From Nitrosopumilus sp. (lineage in GTDB: Archaea; Thermoproteota; Nitrososphaeria; Nitrososphaerales; Nitrosopumilaceae), in the NCBI GenBank assembly GCA_965205675.1, contig OZ242186.1, positions 1,792,001 to 1,856,000 on the forward strand: a stretch of DNA of 64,000 nt. Direction: 5' to 3'. The translations under genes were made by a program, and so were the position numbers. The notes under the pieces are model-generated. The model searched no databases. It saw only the letters and a list, made by a program, of their open reading frames with translations, and had not been told where the DNA came from. This document shows positions 62,157 through 64,000 of this stretch, piece by piece. How positions within the stretch are numbered: the stretch's first letter is position 1; each line of letters starts with the position of its first letter.

Positions 62157-63494
62157 CTATTTTAGGCCTTTGAACTCTTTACCTAGCAAACTTTTGTACA
62201 ATGCTATTGCATCTGATTCATCTTTTGGTCCAACTATTACAGCAGAGCCTTTCTTCATAAAGCTTACAGATAATTCACTAGTTCTCATCGACAATCCAAA
62301 GTTTCCCGAATTATCCACAATGAAACCTTTTTCTTTTGCAATGCCAGTTACAGCATTCACGTCAAGATCAAATGTTTCAGTCGGAGTAATAGAATATGTT
62401 CGCTTGCCTCTATTTCTACCACAAAGCTCTTCTAGAATCAATTCTTCTTTTTGTATCACCTCAAGTTTACCTGTTCCACAAATTGGACATTGATCAGCTC
62501 TAAATGTTCTAGTACTGTTAAAATCAAGATTTTCTAAATCAATATGTAAGATTCTTTCAGACAAACTTGGTTTTTTTCCAACAATAATTTTTACAGCTTC
62601 TGCAACTTCAATTCCACCAACAAGTGAAAGTATTGATGGATGTACTCCTTCAATGCTACATGTTGGCATTGTATCTTCATCAAGTTCTGGAAACATGCAA
62701 AAGTAACATGCACTTTGTTTTGGTAAAACGGTAAATGCTTGTCCAGAAACACCAACTGCAGCTCCTGTAACAAATGGAATTCCAAATTTTACACATGCTT
62801 TGTTTAATGCATATCTTGCATTAACACTATCAAGTGCATCAATTACAACATCACATCCTTCAACAACTTCTAGTGCAGTATAATCATTTACAGAAATTGC
62901 TAATGCTTCTATTTTACAATCAGGATTTAGTTTTTGTAATTTTTTCTCAGCTACTTCTACTTTAACATGACCCACGTCATCTTCATCAAACATTGTTTGT
63001 CGGTGTAAATTAGATAATTCAATCACATCCCTGTCAATAATACGTAGCGTACCAACACCCATTGCAGCTAATCTAGAAATAATTGGATTCCCTAAACCTC
63101 CAGTGCCAACAACACAAATTTTAGCATTTTTTAATTTCAATTGTCCATTATAGCCAATCTCTTCAAGCATTACTTGACGTGAAAATCTATCAAGTTCTTT
63201 AGAAGATAATTCTTCAGAGCCGCCAGCTACTGCAGGTAAAATGTAAACTTCATCACCATCTTTTAGAACGGTTTGCATGCCATTAGCAAATTTTGCGTTC
63301 TTTCCATTAATGTATATGTTAATCAATGAGCGAGGAGTTCCATCACCTTCTAGCACCCTGCGCTTAAAGTCATCACCCATAATTTCAGAAACTTTTAGAA
63401 GAGCATCAGTTAGAGAATTAGCTGAAACATCAAGTTTCTTTTCCCCACCACTTTGGTTCAGCACAGATGGAATTGTAAATACAATGTTTGCCAT
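62157..63494 (-). CDS. MoaD/ThiS-like ubiquitin-fold domain fused to ThiF/MoeB adenylyltransferase
   Basis: LPAVAGG followed by RFSRQ, VGTGGLG, SNLHRQ, CxxC pairs. Confidence 0.9.
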   Translation of the reverse strand: MANIVFTIPSVLNQSGGEKKLDVSANSLTDALLKVSEIMGDDFKRRVLEGDGTPRSLINIYINGKNAKFANGMQTVLKDGDEVYILPAVAGGSEELSSKELDRFSRQVMLEEIGYNGQLKLKNAKICVVGTGGLGNPIISRLAAMGVGTLRIIDRDVIELSNLHRQTMFDEDDVGHVKVEVAEKKLQKLNPDCKIEALAISVNDYTALEVVEGCDVVIDALDSVNARYALNKACVKFGIPFVTGAAVGVSGQAFTVLPKQSACYFCMFPELDEDTMPTCSIEGVHPSILSLVGGIEVAEAVKIIVGKKPSLSERILHIDLENLDFNSTRTFRADQCPICGTGKLEVIQKEELILEELCGRNRGKRTYSITPTETFDLDVNAVTGIAKEKGFIVDNSGNFGLSMRTSELSVSFMKKGSAVIVGPKDESDAIALYKSLLGKEFKGLK

Positions 63495-64000
63495 TAGTTA
63501 ACTACCGCCGATATTTCACCAACATCTGCTTTCATTGTTGCAGGTTTTTTCAAGACTCTCATGATTGATTCAGTTGCTTTTAGACCATTGCCAGTAACAT
63601 AACATACGACTTTGTCACTAGTATCAATCTTTCCTTGTTCAACCATTTTTTGAAGAACAGATATTGAAACACCACCTGCAGGTTCTGTAAATATTCCTTC
63701 AGTTTGTGCAAGTAATAAAATTGCATCAAGAATTTCCTTGTTGTTTGATTCTTCTGCAAATCCACTATACTGTTCTAGACGTTTCAAGACATATCTGCCA
63801 TCGCCAGGATCACCGATGGCTAAACTTTTTGCAACAGTGTCAGGGTGTTCTACAGGGATTATATCTTTACTGTTTTTCTTAAATGCCTCTACAATTGGCG
63901 CACATCCATGTGGTTGTGCTGCAATCATGTGCATGTTTGAAACATCATCAAGTAATGAAACGGTTTGTAATTCTTCAAATCCTTTACAAATTGCATTAAG
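63494..64000 (-). CDS. thrC: threonine synthase, C-terminal part (5' end outside window)
   Basis: AAQPHGCAPI, LAIGDP, EGIFTEPAG, VTGNGLK. Confidence 0.88.
   Translation of the reverse strand, partial: LNAICKGFEELQTVSLLDDVSNMHMIAAQPHGCAPIVEAFKKNSKDIIPVEHPDTVAKSLAIGDPGDGRYVLKRLEQYSGFAEESNNKEILDAILLLAQTEGIFTEPAGGVSISVLQKMVEQGKIDTSDKVVCYVTGNGLKATESIMRVLKKPATMKADVGEISAVVN

Noticed and set aside
1-64000. Retron, DGR or group II intron
   Set aside because: No reverse-transcriptase motifs recognised in any ORF, and no TR/VR-type repeat pair with adenine-specific mismatches seen.

Overview
AT-rich archaeal window, most likely from an ammonia-oxidising thaumarchaeote (Nitrosopumilaceae-like). The inference rests on the split-subunit-II heme-copper oxidase cluster with a double cupredoxin, a Rieske/cytochrome b/plastocyanin complex III, npdG, and a ~1700-aa S-layer protein. 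Core genes (lysC, ilvE, cox, pet, slp, moaD-moeB fusion, thrC, four normal tRNAs) are interleaved with many IS630, IS5, ISH3, IS110 and IS6-like elements, MITEs and pseudogenes. There are two accessory regions. (1) About 2.8-16.5 kb, around tRNA-Arg(TCG): two tyrosine integrases, a mirror-symmetric iteron-like array, an Mrr gene whose catalytic centre is replaced by a translationally coupled membrane-protein gene, HicBA-like and SocA/PIN-like pairs, and zinc-finger micro-ORFs. (2) A 5.9-kb unit transposon (35040-40921) with 67-bp terminal inverted repeats, a SWIM/Zn-ribbon/IS6-type DDE transposase, a type III restriction-modification cargo and an operator array. Other oddities: a long-variable-arm tRNA-like gene with a GAA anticodon, an unannotated structured RNA candidate after lysC, an inverted copy of the tRNA-Lys 3' end, and a coiled-coil insert in the S-layer protein. 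All calls come from reading motifs by eye; no database searches were run, and some frameshifts may be sequencing errors.
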